Below are positions 8,013-16,275 of a stretch of DNA of 35,205 bases, piece after piece. Each line of letters opens with the position of its first letter. Position 1 is the first letter of the stretch. Below the pieces are notes generated by a model that had not been told where the DNA came from, searched no databases, and saw only the letters and a program-made list of their open reading frames with translations. The DNA lies in IMG/VR virus record IMGVR_UViG_2881147464_000001, positions 73,453-108,657 of that record; one strand, given 5' to 3'. This DNA is from a virus. The position numbers and the translations under genes are program-made.

Positions 8013-9617
8013 ATGGCCAAGTTCAGAAAAGCCTCCGCTGACGAAGTGCAGGCCAAGCGAAAGGACCATGTCCGCGACAGCGATCGCGGTCTGGTCATGG
8101 TGAAGGGCTTCAAGTCCCCGCCGTCGTGGAACAAGGAAGCGCGCAGCGCCAAGTTCGTCATGACGAGCGAGAGCGTCGACCGCTATCAGGACATCGTTGT
8201 TCAGGCGGGACTCAATGTCGATCGCTTTCTCGAGAATCCACAAGGGCTGCTCTTCCACAACAGCCGGTCGTGGCCGTGCGGTCTCTGGTCGGATGTGACC
8301 AAGGTTCTCGGCGGCCGTCCGAAGCGCACCGAAGGCGTTCTGAACTTCCTGCCGGAAGGCACCGACGAGGATGCCGATCGCGCAGCCCGTCACGTTGCGG
8401 TTGGCTCGATCCGGACCGTGTCGATCGGCTTCAAGCCGAACTGGGACGATATCGACTTCATCCTTGACGATGACGACGATTGGACTGGCGGCTTCCGATA
8501 TAACTCTTCGGAGCTCCTGGAGTGCAGCCTAGTACCCATACCAGCTCAACCCGATGCTCTGGTCAAGAGCGCCGGCGGCGACATGGTTCTGGCGCGGTCG
8601 CTGATCGAAGAAATTCTCGACACCTACGCCAAGACGCCGGAAGGCCTACTCATCCCGATGGATGAGTACCGCGCCAAGCATTTCGATCTCGTCGGCAATC
8701 GTTCGACCTTCATCATCGACAAGGCTTTGGCGCCGGCGGCGCGCAAGTTCGCCCCGGTTGCCGAGATGGAACTCAAGGCATCCACCGATACCGAAGCCGA
8801 GAAGTTTGTCGGCGCCAAGGTTACGGTCAAGCCCGGTCATCCCGAAAACAAGGATTGGCCGTTCGCTGACGTCCTGGCGAAGGCGACCGGTGAAGTGATC
8901 GCCAGCTACATCGTCGACGATGGTGAATTCAAGGGCGTGCACGCACTCTGGGTCGAATTCCTGACCGACGAGTATTCCGGCATGTTCCGCGGCATCAAGG
9001 CGGACCGTTTCCTGCTCGCCGATAAGGCGACTGAGGAGGACGCCGAGGAGGAGATGCCGCCAGAACACGATCCTGAGTGCGAAGACGAGGACAAGACTGC
9101 CGCGGAGCCGACCGACGAAAACAAGGGCGTCGAACTGCTGACCGACGAAGTCCTCGACGCCTTCGCCTCACTGATCAAGGACGGCGATGTCGTCGTGCTG
9201 CGCGATGGTGACGACATGTGCCTTGTCATCAAGCGCGAAGGCGAGCAAATCGAGGCGCTGAAGCTCCCGGTCGAGATGACCATCAAGCAGATCAACGAGA
9301 CCTCTCAGTCCATCTGTGATCGCGTGAACAAGGCCAAGGAGCCGCCGGCTCTCAAGGTGACCGACCTTGCGACCGTAACGGTCAAGCTGGACACCACCGA
9401 AGCGACCGAGAAGCTGAACGTGCTTGAGCGCCTGGTCGACTCGGTTGGCGCCAAGATCTCCAAACTTTTCGGCAAGAAGCAAGTCGAAAAGGACACACCC
9501 GACGACGAGCCGGAAGACCCGCCGGCGCTGCCCTGTGAGGCGGAAGTCGAGGAAGCCAAGGCAAAGGCTGCTGCTCATCTCGCACGCCTCGCCGCCAAGG
9601 GTCTGATCGCAGCGTAA
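8013..9617 (+). CDS. Prohead protease (HK97/S78 type) with a long acidic C-terminal extension (534 aa)
   Basis: VDRYQDIV, LLFHN (catalytic His region), VSIGF (catalytic Ser) and ELLECSLVPIPAQPDA. AGGAG RBS before ATG 8013. Confidence 0.9.
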   Translation: MAKFRKASADEVQAKRKDHVRDSDRGLVMVKGFKSPPSWNKEARSAKFVMTSESVDRYQDIVVQAGLNVDRFLENPQGLLFHNSRSWPCGLWSDVTKVLGGRPKRTEGVLNFLPEGTDEDADRAARHVAVGSIRTVSIGFKPNWDDIDFILDDDDDWTGGFRYNSSELLECSLVPIPAQPDALVKSAGGDMVLARSLIEEILDTYAKTPEGLLIPMDEYRAKHFDLVGNRSTFIIDKALAPAARKFAPVAEMELKASTDTEAEKFVGAKVTVKPGHPENKDWPFADVLAKATGEVIASYIVDDGEFKGVHALWVEFLTDEYSGMFRGIKADRFLLADKATEEDAEEEMPPEHDPECEDEDKTAAEPTDENKGVELLTDEVLDAFASLIKDGDVVVLRDGDDMCLVIKREGEQIEALKLPVEMTIKQINETSQSICDRVNKAKEPPALKVTDLATVTVKLDTTEATEKLNVLERLVDSVGAKISKLFGKKQVEKDTPDDEPEDPPALPCEAEVEEAKAKAAAHLARLAAKGLIAA

Positions 9618-9660
9618 GCATCACCATCCGAATTCCGGGCCGGGCAACCGCCGGATCAAC

Positions 9661-9687
9661 AAGCCGCTCCGCAAGGGCGGCTTTTTT
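9661..9687 (+). terminator. Intrinsic terminator-like hairpin directly upstream of the capsid gene
   Basis: AAGCCGCTC-CGCAA-GGGCGGCTT stem-loop running into a T6 tract (9682-9687). Confidence 0.7.
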
Positions 9688-9708
9688 CATGAGCAAAAGG
9701 AGACAACT

Positions 9709-11028
9709 ATGCTCGCACAACTGAAAGCCCGGCTGAAGGAACTGTCCGGCGAAATCAAGGCTCTCACCGACAAGACGGACATGTCGGCCGAGGACTTCAC
9801 CGCTCTCGAGACCAAGACGACCGAGCTCGAGGACATCGAGAAGAAGATCGACACGCTGACCAAGGCGGAAGAGGCTCGCGCCCGCGCCGCTCTGCCGGCG
9901 AACGACCCGGCTGGCTCCACCGAGCGCGCCCCGGCGACTGTCGCCACCAAGCTGACCACGGTCGAAAAGGTCGGCCTCATGATCGCCGGCATGGCCCGCG
10001 CGTGGATCGAGGAGAAGGCCGGCGGCCCGAAGGCGGTCTTCCGTCACCTCGAGGCGGCTGGCTACGGCGACGTGGCCAAGGAATTCGACCTGGCGCAGCG
10101 CACCCGCGCCCTGAACTCCGGTTCGGCGGCCGCTGGCGGCGTCCTCGTTCCCGAGGCCATGTCGAGCGAGATCATCGACGTCCTGCGTCCGATGACCACG
10201 TTCCTGCAGGGTGGTCCGCGTCGCGTGCCGCTGGTCAACGGCAGCTACAAGATGCCGAAGGCGGCTTCTGGCGCGACGGCCGGCTGGCGCGGTGAAGGCC
10301 AGGCGATCGCCAAGAGTCAGCCGACCTTCAAAGAGATCAACATGGTGGCGAAGTACGTCGACGCCCTCGTGCCGATCACCAACCAACTGATCCGCTACTC
10401 GCTGCCGGATGTCCGCGGCTGGGTCGAGATGGACATGGCCAACGTCATGGGCGTCGAGATCGACCGCGCGGCCTATCTGGGCGAGGGCACTGCCTACACC
10501 CCGCTCGGCATCACCAAGATCTCGGGCGTCACCGTGGTGACCCTGACGGCCACCGGCACTTCGCCGACGATCGCGCAGATTGAGGCGGACGCCTCCTCGG
10601 CGGAACTGGGCATGATGAATGCCAACCTGCCGATGCTGGGCGCCAAGTGGGTCATGTCGCCGCGCACGTTCATCTTCCTCCAAAACCAGCGCGACGGCAA
10701 CGGCAACCGCTATTACCCGGAACTGCAGAACGCGAACCCGACCTGGCGCAACAAGCCGGTTCTGGTCACGACGCAGAACCCGGTCAACGGCGGCGCCGGC
10801 ACCGACGAGACCGAAATCTGGCTGGTCGCCTTCGGCCATGTTCTGTTCGGCGAGGGCATGGGCATCTCGTTCTCGGTCTCGACCGAGGCCACCGTGGTGA
10901 CCAACGGGACCGCCGTTTCCGCCTTCCAGAACGACTTGACCTACATCAAGGCGTCGACCGAGGCGGACTTCGACATGCGCTACCTCGAAGCCGTGTCGGT
11001 GATCCCGGGCGTTCGCTGGGGCGCGTAA
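9709..11028 (+). CDS. Major capsid protein, HK97 fold, with N-terminal coiled-coil delta domain
   Basis: Coiled-coil N-terminus, AAGGVLVPE..SEIIDVLR, WRGEG, EIDRAAYLGEG..PLGI, RDGNGNRY and SAFQNDLT. AAGGAG RBS. Confidence 0.97.
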   Translation: MLAQLKARLKELSGEIKALTDKTDMSAEDFTALETKTTELEDIEKKIDTLTKAEEARARAALPANDPAGSTERAPATVATKLTTVEKVGLMIAGMARAWIEEKAGGPKAVFRHLEAAGYGDVAKEFDLAQRTRALNSGSAAAGGVLVPEAMSSEIIDVLRPMTTFLQGGPRRVPLVNGSYKMPKAASGATAGWRGEGQAIAKSQPTFKEINMVAKYVDALVPITNQLIRYSLPDVRGWVEMDMANVMGVEIDRAAYLGEGTAYTPLGITKISGVTVVTLTATGTSPTIAQIEADASSAELGMMNANLPMLGAKWVMSPRTFIFLQNQRDGNGNRYYPELQNANPTWRNKPVLVTTQNPVNGGAGTDETEIWLVAFGHVLFGEGMGISFSVSTEATVVTNGTAVSAFQNDLTYIKASTEADFDMRYLEAVSVIPGVRWGA

Positions 11029-11060
11029 GCGCCTCTTGACTCACTGATCAGGAGAACCCC

Positions 11061-11426
11061 GTGAAAGTAGTCAAAAAGACCGGCCTCGTGCCGGTCCACT
11101 CTTTCAAGACCGGCACCATCTTCGGGGTGGTGCCGGACGTGGCCCGCAAGATGCTCGCCGAGAAGGCTGCCGAATTAGTCGAGGTGCCGGAAGGCATCGA
11201 AACCTATGAGGTGGCCGACTCCGTCGAGCCGAAGAAGCTGGCCGAGGCCAAAGAGGTGCATGCGATCGACATCCCTGACAACTGGGAGGAGATGCATCAC
11301 CTCCAGAAGATCAAGCTGGCCAAGACGATCACCGGCGACGACAGCGTGAAGACGCTTGATGCCGCCAAGGAGATCATTGGCGCTGAAATTCAGCGGCGCG
11401 CCGCCGCTGTAACCCCGGCGGAATAA
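11061..11426 (+). CDS. Hypothetical head-associated protein (possible C-terminal helix-extension-helix)
   Basis: AGGAGA RBS, GTG start, position right after the capsid gene. Confidence 0.65.
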   Translation: MKVVKKTGLVPVHSFKTGTIFGVVPDVARKMLAEKAAELVEVPEGIETYEVADSVEPKKLAEAKEVHAIDIPDNWEEMHHLQKIKLAKTITGDDSVKTLDAAKEIIGAEIQRRAAAVTPAE

Positions 11427-11465
11427 TCCGGCGGGGACAGAAACGCACGAGAAGGAGATTCCACA

Positions 11466-11975
11466 ATGCGTGCAAACATGCTCGACGGCGGCGCCTACAG
11501 CCGAACCGTCTTCCAGGCAATCAACAAGACGGCCACAGCCGGCGGTGCCGGCGATGCCACCGAAGTCGACTGCGCCTGGGTCGACCGCAAACTCGACGGC
11601 ATCGGCATGGCGCTTTCCGCCAAGCTGGTGATCACCTTCACCGCCACCCTCGAAACCGGCGAGACCCTGACGTTCGCCGGCAACTTCCAAGATGCGACGG
11701 CGCTCGCTGGCACGGGTGCCGCCGACTTCGCATCCGCGTTCGCTGCCGCTGTGGTTGCCACCGGTGACTCCGGCGGTTCGACGGAGACCGGCACCTACGA
11801 AGTCGATATCGACCTCTCCGGCGCCCGCGAGTTCATCCGCACCCAGATCACGCCGAACCTCTCGCGCGGCGCGACCGACACCTGCGAATGGTCGGCCGCA
11901 CTGGTTTTCTACGGCGATCACAATCAGCCGTCGACCCAGGCGACCTACAAGCTCGGCACCGCCGATTCGATCTAA
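11466..11975 (+). CDS. Putative capsid decoration/cement protein (beta-sandwich)
   Basis: AAGGAG RBS, capsid-like codon usage, Thr/Ala/Gly-rich beta pattern, YEVDIDLSGAREFIR. Function is inferred from position. Confidence 0.55.
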   Translation: MRANMLDGGAYSRTVFQAINKTATAGGAGDATEVDCAWVDRKLDGIGMALSAKLVITFTATLETGETLTFAGNFQDATALAGTGAADFASAFAAAVVATGDSGGSTETGTYEVDIDLSGAREFIRTQITPNLSRGATDTCEWSAALVFYGDHNQPSTQATYKLGTADSI

Positions 11976-11984
11976 TGCTAACAC

Positions 11985-12004
11985 GGCGGGCCTCCGGGCC
12001 CGCC
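11985..12004 (+). other. Perfect 8-bp GC hairpin with UCCG tetraloop and no U-tract
   Basis: GGCGGGCC-TCCG-GGCCCGCC just after the stop at 11975. Confidence 0.7.
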
Positions 12005-12024
12005 AACTGCCTCGGGAGGGCGCC

Positions 12025-12228
12025 ATGGCCAACTACTTCATCAACCTTGGTGCCACCCTTTCCTGCCTCGCCAATTCGCTTGTCGGCGGGGAATACGGCC
12101 AGACCCTTTCCTGTCGCATCGGCCTGTCGATCCTCGACAAGGGCTGGGCCTACAAGATTCCGTTCCCGAACATCCTCCGGGACCACTTCATCATCGTCGC
12201 CGCGCAATCGCGAAACGAGAAATCATGA
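12025..12228 (+). CDS. Small conserved-type phage protein (67 aa)
   Basis: GGAGG RBS. LANSLVGGEYGQTLSCRIG resembles the N..LGG..DETLSSR.G motif of small phage proteins. Confidence 0.65.
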   Translation: MANYFINLGATLSCLANSLVGGEYGQTLSCRIGLSILDKGWAYKIPFPNILRDHFIIVAAQSRNEKS

Positions 12229-12377
12229 TCCGTGATCAATACCGTCAGACCGAGAAGCCTGAGTCCAAAAAGGGACTGAAGCCGAAACCGGTGACGCGCC
12301 CGAAGGGCAAGGAAGTCGATCGCGTCGTTCGCGACATGCAGCCAGCCGGCCGCGGACCTGGCTACAAGACCAGGTGA
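12225..12377 (+). CDS. Small basic protein (50 aa), not in the ORF track
   Basis: MIRDQYRQTEKPESKKGLKPKPVTRPKGKEVDRVVRDMQPAGRGPGYKTR. ATGA overlap; fills the gap up to the connector gene. Confidence 0.6.
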   Translation: MIRDQYRQTEKPESKKGLKPKPVTRPKGKEVDRVVRDMQPAGRGPGYKTR

Positions 12378-12383
12378 TCCGCC

Positions 12384-13019
12384 ATGCTCGACATTGAGAT
12401 CGTCACGCCGCCGACGGCCACGGCTCTGGACGTGCTGTCCTTGGCCAATTTCAAGAAGCATCTCCGGATCTCGTCGACGGTCACCAAACTCGACGACACG
12501 CTGACCGATGCGATCACTGATACGGTGGACAAACTGCACGGCATCGGCGGCGAACTCAATCGCACGATCCTCCGGACCACCTACAAGCGCTATCTGAAGA
12601 ACTTCCCCAGCAAGGATGAGTGCGGCAATCCGCTGCCGATCCTTCTGCCTTATCCGCCGCTTGTCGACGTTGTCGGAATCACGATCGAGGACGGCAGCAG
12701 TCCGGACAATGTCGTCGACAGCGCCGATTATGTCGTGAAGAGCGGCATGCTCGTGCCGGAGATTCATCCGGTCAGCGCCTGGCCGTCGATCACCTCGGCA
12801 CCGCGGGCTGTGTCGATTACCTACACCGCCGGCTACACCACGTATCCGCCCAAGCTGCTGCGCATGATCAAGTTCTTGGCGGCGCACTACATCGAAAACA
12901 CCGAAGCCAGCATTCTCGAGCAGAACAAGACGCTGATCAGCAGAAACGTGCTGTTCGCCATGGATGACCTGCGCGCCGCGCTCAAGGTCAGTAACTCGTA
13001 TGACGACTGGAACGAATAG
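12384..13019 (+). CDS. Head-tail connector/adaptor (HK97 gp6 / phiE125 gp8-like)
   Basis: VTPP....LSLANFKKHLRI, LPYPPL, WP, AVSITYTAGY and IKFLAAHYIEN. Confidence 0.9.
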   Translation: MLDIEIVTPPTATALDVLSLANFKKHLRISSTVTKLDDTLTDAITDTVDKLHGIGGELNRTILRTTYKRYLKNFPSKDECGNPLPILLPYPPLVDVVGITIEDGSSPDNVVDSADYVVKSGMLVPEIHPVSAWPSITSAPRAVSITYTAGYTTYPPKLLRMIKFLAAHYIENTEASILEQNKTLISRNVLFAMDDLRAALKVSNSYDDWNE

Positions 13020-13639
13020 TGCGCGGCGGCTCTCTTCGTAACCCGATCGAGATCCAAAGAAGGGTCCAGGTCGGGGTGACTCGTCTGAACGCGCCGAATT
13101 ACGTCTGGCAGACTTGGCGTGAGCCGATCTGCGAGGTCGAGGTTCGCCGCGGCCGCGAACACTTCGACCCGGAGACCAAACAGCGATACTCGGAAGAGGT
13201 CTGGCGCTTCCGCGCCAGGTACGAAGAAGTCGAAGGCGTCGACGCGACCATGCGAGTCGTCCACAACGGGATGAACTTCGACATCAAGGCGCTTCTGCCG
13301 GACGGGCAAAGGCAAAGGGACTGCATCATCGAATGCACGGTCCAGGATGCCGTCGTCGGGTCGGTGCCTCTATCGATTGCCATTGTCTCGGCGATTCCAG
13401 ATGGATCAGTCGGCGTCGCCTATGCCGGCTTCACGGTCTCCGCGGCCGGCGGTACGGCACCCTACGTGTTCGCCGAGGAGTCCGGCGCGCTTCCACAAGG
13501 GCTGATGCTCAATACTTCCACCGGTGCCGTCTCCGGCACGCCGCTGGCGGCTGGAGTGACTTCCGGGATCACCATTCAGGTTTCTGACGCGGACGGCACG
13601 ATCGCTGTTCTTCCGGATTTCTCAATCACGGTTGCCTGA
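13019..13639 (+). CDS. Head-closure (stopper, SPP1 gp16-like) protein fused to a C-terminal putative Ig (He_PIG-like) domain
   Basis: N-terminal MRGGSLRNPIEIQR...FRARY..VDATMRVVHNGMNFDI; C-terminal IPDGSVGVAY..GGTAPYVF..GALPQGLMLNTSTGAVSGTP..ITIQVSDA. Confidence 0.85.
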   Translation: MRGGSLRNPIEIQRRVQVGVTRLNAPNYVWQTWREPICEVEVRRGREHFDPETKQRYSEEVWRFRARYEEVEGVDATMRVVHNGMNFDIKALLPDGQRQRDCIIECTVQDAVVGSVPLSIAIVSAIPDGSVGVAYAGFTVSAAGGTAPYVFAEESGALPQGLMLNTSTGAVSGTPLAAGVTSGITIQVSDADGTIAVLPDFSITVA

Positions 13640-13641
13640 AG

Positions 13642-14040
13642 ATGTCCGCACTCGAGATCGCCATCACCAAGCTGACGGCGACGTCGGCGGTCACATCCAT
13701 CACGACGGCCGCGGGCATCTATCCGATCGATCTTCCGCAGGGCGCTTCCGCGCCGTGCTTGGTTGTCAACATCGTCAGTGGCTTTGACGAACAAATGCTC
13801 GACGGTGCCGGGAAGTATTATCGGCATCGCGTCACGGTAGAATGCAATGCCTACACGGCGGATGAGGCCATGGCGTTGGGCGATGCGGTGATGTCGGCCC
13901 TGCAGGAAAACATCAACGCGACCATCGGCTCTTTCTCTGGCGTGACCACGCAATTCGCCGATCTCGACAGAACTGACACGTCGGATGATCGATCGACTTA
14001 TCGGCGACTGCTCGACTTCTTCATCCGATGGAGGCATTGA
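13642..14040 (+). CDS. Tail terminator/completion protein (DUF3168/gp17-like)
   Basis: IYPIDLPQGASAPCLVVNIVS, RVTVECNA and YRRLLDFFIRW; neck position. Confidence 0.85.
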   Translation: MSALEIAITKLTATSAVTSITTAAGIYPIDLPQGASAPCLVVNIVSGFDEQMLDGAGKYYRHRVTVECNAYTADEAMALGDAVMSALQENINATIGSFSGVTTQFADLDRTDTSDDRSTYRRLLDFFIRWRH

Positions 14041-14321
14041 TGCCTAAGACCGCGATCGATCCGTATAACTCAACGCCGAATGAAACCAATTTCGGCCAGA
14101 GGGGCGCGCAGATTACCCCCAATGACGGTGTGGATCTGGAGACCGTCTCCAAGGGTCTGGTCGTCCTGGTTTCTGGCACTTTGGTGTTCATTCCGGCGGA
14201 CAATGAAGACGACGAAACGTTGACCTATGGCACGCTGCCGGTCGGTGCCATCGTCCCGTACTTTGTCCGCCGCGTCCTTGACACCGGCACAACGGCGACC
14301 GTCGCCTCGATCGACAAATAA
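14040..14321 (+). CDS. Head-spike base protein, RcGTA rcc01079-like (93 aa)
   Basis: DPY...AQITPNDGVDL..SKGLVV..SGTL...LPVGAIVPYFVRRVLDTGTTAT matches the family pattern ITPSD..DL..RALYV..G....P.G..LP..V.RV..TGTTA. TGATG coupling. Confidence 0.8.
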   Translation: MPKTAIDPYNSTPNETNFGQRGAQITPNDGVDLETVSKGLVVLVSGTLVFIPADNEDDETLTYGTLPVGAIVPYFVRRVLDTGTTATVASIDK

Positions 14322-14825
14322 ATGGCCAAGGGCTTCAAGCTTTCCGGAGACGCCCAACTTCGGAACACCATGCAGCAGATCGGCAATGCCTATGGTGGCC
14401 GAGAGATGGACATCGATATCGAAGCGGCGCTCGAGCCGCTGCGGCGTGAGACTGAGAGGAACGCCGTTCCCCTCCGGAATTTCGCCGGCAAGCATGATCC
14501 ATTCTTCCCGCAACCATCCGGCGCGCCAAAGGGCGGACATCTCGATGAAGGCGTCGTCTCGGTCAAGATCAGGGGCACGGCGAAGGTCAGGGTCTGGTGG
14601 GTCACATTCACCCGCCGAGCTCGCTACCTCGCCCACTTGGTCGAGTTCGGAACGGCACCGCATTTCCAGCCGCGATTCAAGGGCGGCTTTCGCCATCCGG
14701 GTGCCAGAGCGCATCCATTCTTCCGGCCGGCATACGATTCCCAGCAGGGCAATGTGCTGACCATTCTTGGCCAGCGCGCCTGGCTGAGGATTTCGACTGC
14801 GGCCTTCAGAAGCCGGAAGAAATAG
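14322..14825 (+). CDS. HK97 gp10-like tail/neck morphogenesis protein
   Basis: YLAHLVEFGTAPH..HPGARAHPFFRPAYD signature; basic protein. Confidence 0.9.
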   Translation: MAKGFKLSGDAQLRNTMQQIGNAYGGREMDIDIEAALEPLRRETERNAVPLRNFAGKHDPFFPQPSGAPKGGHLDEGVVSVKIRGTAKVRVWWVTFTRRARYLAHLVEFGTAPHFQPRFKGGFRHPGARAHPFFRPAYDSQQGNVLTILGQRAWLRISTAAFRSRKK

Positions 14826-14842
14826 CCATCTGAGGAGGGCAA

Positions 14843-15098
14843 ATGCCCCGCAGACCTTATGTCCGACGGACGGCCAAAAAGCCGGATCCGATCAAAGAAG
14901 ACGTGCCATTGGCCGTCGAACAGATCGCCGAAAAAGAGGCCGCCCCCCGAGGCGGCCTCAGTCGTTTCGGCCGCCCCATCCTGCTCCATGACCGAAAAGA
15001 AGTGGAATGGATACCCGGTCTGGCAATGCCGGAAGTGCCGGGTCGACACACTGGTTCCCGAGGACGCCGCGGCGGCTCGGAAAGCCTGCCGTAGGTAA
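14843..15098 (+). CDS. Small protein split by a +1 frame change at a C6 run; the joined 84-aa product carries a CxxC motif
   Basis: GAGGAGG RBS at ATG 14843. The most protein-like C-terminal half (KWNGYPVWQCRKCRVDTL) lies in the +1 frame after GCC CCC CGA (14942-14950). Confidence 0.5.
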
Positions 15099-15121
15099 CC
15101 GCTCACCATAGGAGACTCATC

Positions 15122-15568
15122 ATGGTAGCATCGACTGGTAAAGTCGGCCTTGGAACAACTTTCAAGGTCGGCGATGGTGGCTCGCCGGAGGTATTCACCT
15201 CCGTCGTCAACGTCACCGCAATCAACATCTCGGGTCGCTCGGTCGAGGAAGTGGACTTCACCCACCTCGCATCCACCGGCGGCTTCCGCGAGTTCCGCCC
15301 CGGCTTCAAGGATCCGGGCGAAATCAAGATCACCTGCCACTACAATCCGACCGACGCCACGCTGAACGGCACGACCGGCCTCGAGGCCAAGCTGAACTCC
15401 GGCGCGACGTTCAACTGGGAAATCGATATGACCAATGCCGGCTTTGCCTACAAGCTGACCGGCTTCGGTTATGTCTCGGGCGGCGACTTCACCTTCACCG
15501 GTGAGGATCCGATCAACTTCGAAGTGACGATCCGCGTGTCGGGTCAGATCGACGAGTCGGTGGCGTAA
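15122..15568 (+). CDS. Major tail tube protein
   Basis: GLGTTFKVGDG, VEEVDFTHL.S.GGFREFRPGFKDPGEI and VTIRVSG. AGGAG RBS. Confidence 0.92.
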   Translation: MVASTGKVGLGTTFKVGDGGSPEVFTSVVNVTAINISGRSVEEVDFTHLASTGGFREFRPGFKDPGEIKITCHYNPTDATLNGTTGLEAKLNSGATFNWEIDMTNAGFAYKLTGFGYVSGGDFTFTGEDPINFEVTIRVSGQIDESVA

Positions 15569-15585
15569 TCGGAGACCGTGATCGC

Positions 15586-15960
15586 ATGACCACCTCAATC
15601 CGCATTCGCGGTGAAGTTCCCTTCCCTCAAGCGGGGGAAGGGGTCTATCTTCGATTTTCCAACCCTGACTGCGACCAACTGCAGGGCAAGTTCGGTGAAA
15701 ACTGGTTCGCCGACGCCGTTCCGAGGCTCAACCGGGTCGATACCCTCTATCTAAGGAACTGCCTAGCTTTCGGTGGCAAGAAGGACGGCAAGCCATTCCG
15801 TATCGACTACGACACATTGGACTGCCCGATGGGCGACATGCTGGATGCCGTGCTCGACGCCCTCTTCCTTGCCGTTCACGGCCGGAAGTTTGATGACCAC
15901 ATGGACTATGTCGCCAACATCAAGAAACTTGAAGTGGATAGCGACCAGGGAAACGGATAG
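15586..15960 (+). CDS. Tail assembly chaperone (gpG-like)
   Basis: Lies between the tail tube and tape measure genes and ends with a slippery site. Confidence 0.8.
   Translation: MTTSIRIRGEVPFPQAGEGVYLRFSNPDCDQLQGKFGENWFADAVPRLNRVDTLYLRNCLAFGGKKDGKPFRIDYDTLDCPMGDMLDAVLDALFLAVHGRKFDDHMDYVANIKKLEVDSDQGNG
15948..15954 (+). promoter_or_regulatory. Programmed -1 frameshift site G GGA AAC
   Basis: In-frame XXXYYYZ heptamer near the end of gpG (one codon before its stop). The -1 frame stays open to 16268. Confidence 0.9.
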
Positions 15961-16268
15961 AGCCCGGAGATTTACTGGAGCATATCCAGAAGGAAGCCTA
16001 CCGGGCGGGCATGTTCCCGCATCAATTTTTCGATCTCACGCCACATGAAGTGATGGTGTGGATCAGCCCCGCTCTACAGGGGCGTATAGCCGTCGCATGG
16101 GATCATGAGGCGGTTCATCGCATGCGGAAGATTCCGCAAAAACCATCCGATCTTTGGAAGGATCCTCTCAAGCCGCAGACCCCGGAACAGATGTACCGGA
16201 ACATGCGCGCCTTCATGGAGGAACTGAAGAAGAACGCGAAATCAAAAACGTCCAAAAAGAAGAAGTGA
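15951..16268 (+). CDS. gpT-like frameshift extension (gpGT fusion 15586-16268, about 227 aa)
   Basis: The -1 frame reads KRIEPGDLLEHIQKEAYRAGMFPHQFFDLTPHE, matching the G..P..F..LTP.E motif of gpT domains. Confidence 0.85.
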   Translation, partial: KRIEPGDLLEHIQKEAYRAGMFPHQFFDLTPHEVMVWISPALQGRIAVAWDHEAVHRMRKIPQKPSDLWKDPLKPQTPEQMYRNMRAFMEELKKNAKSKTSKKKK

Positions 16269-16275
16269 GCAGGCT

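Noticed and set aside
9045-9056. Internal RBS and ATG 9054 for a nested scaffold gene in the protease ORF
   Set aside because: GAGGAG is explained by Glu codons and the spacing is short; it cannot be supported without translation data.
9382-10839. 485-aa minus-strand ORF, and similar long antisense ORFs such as 18097-19506, 14624-15598 and 24301-25311
   Set aside because: These are shadows of high-GC, codon-biased genes on the + strand, with no recognisable motifs.
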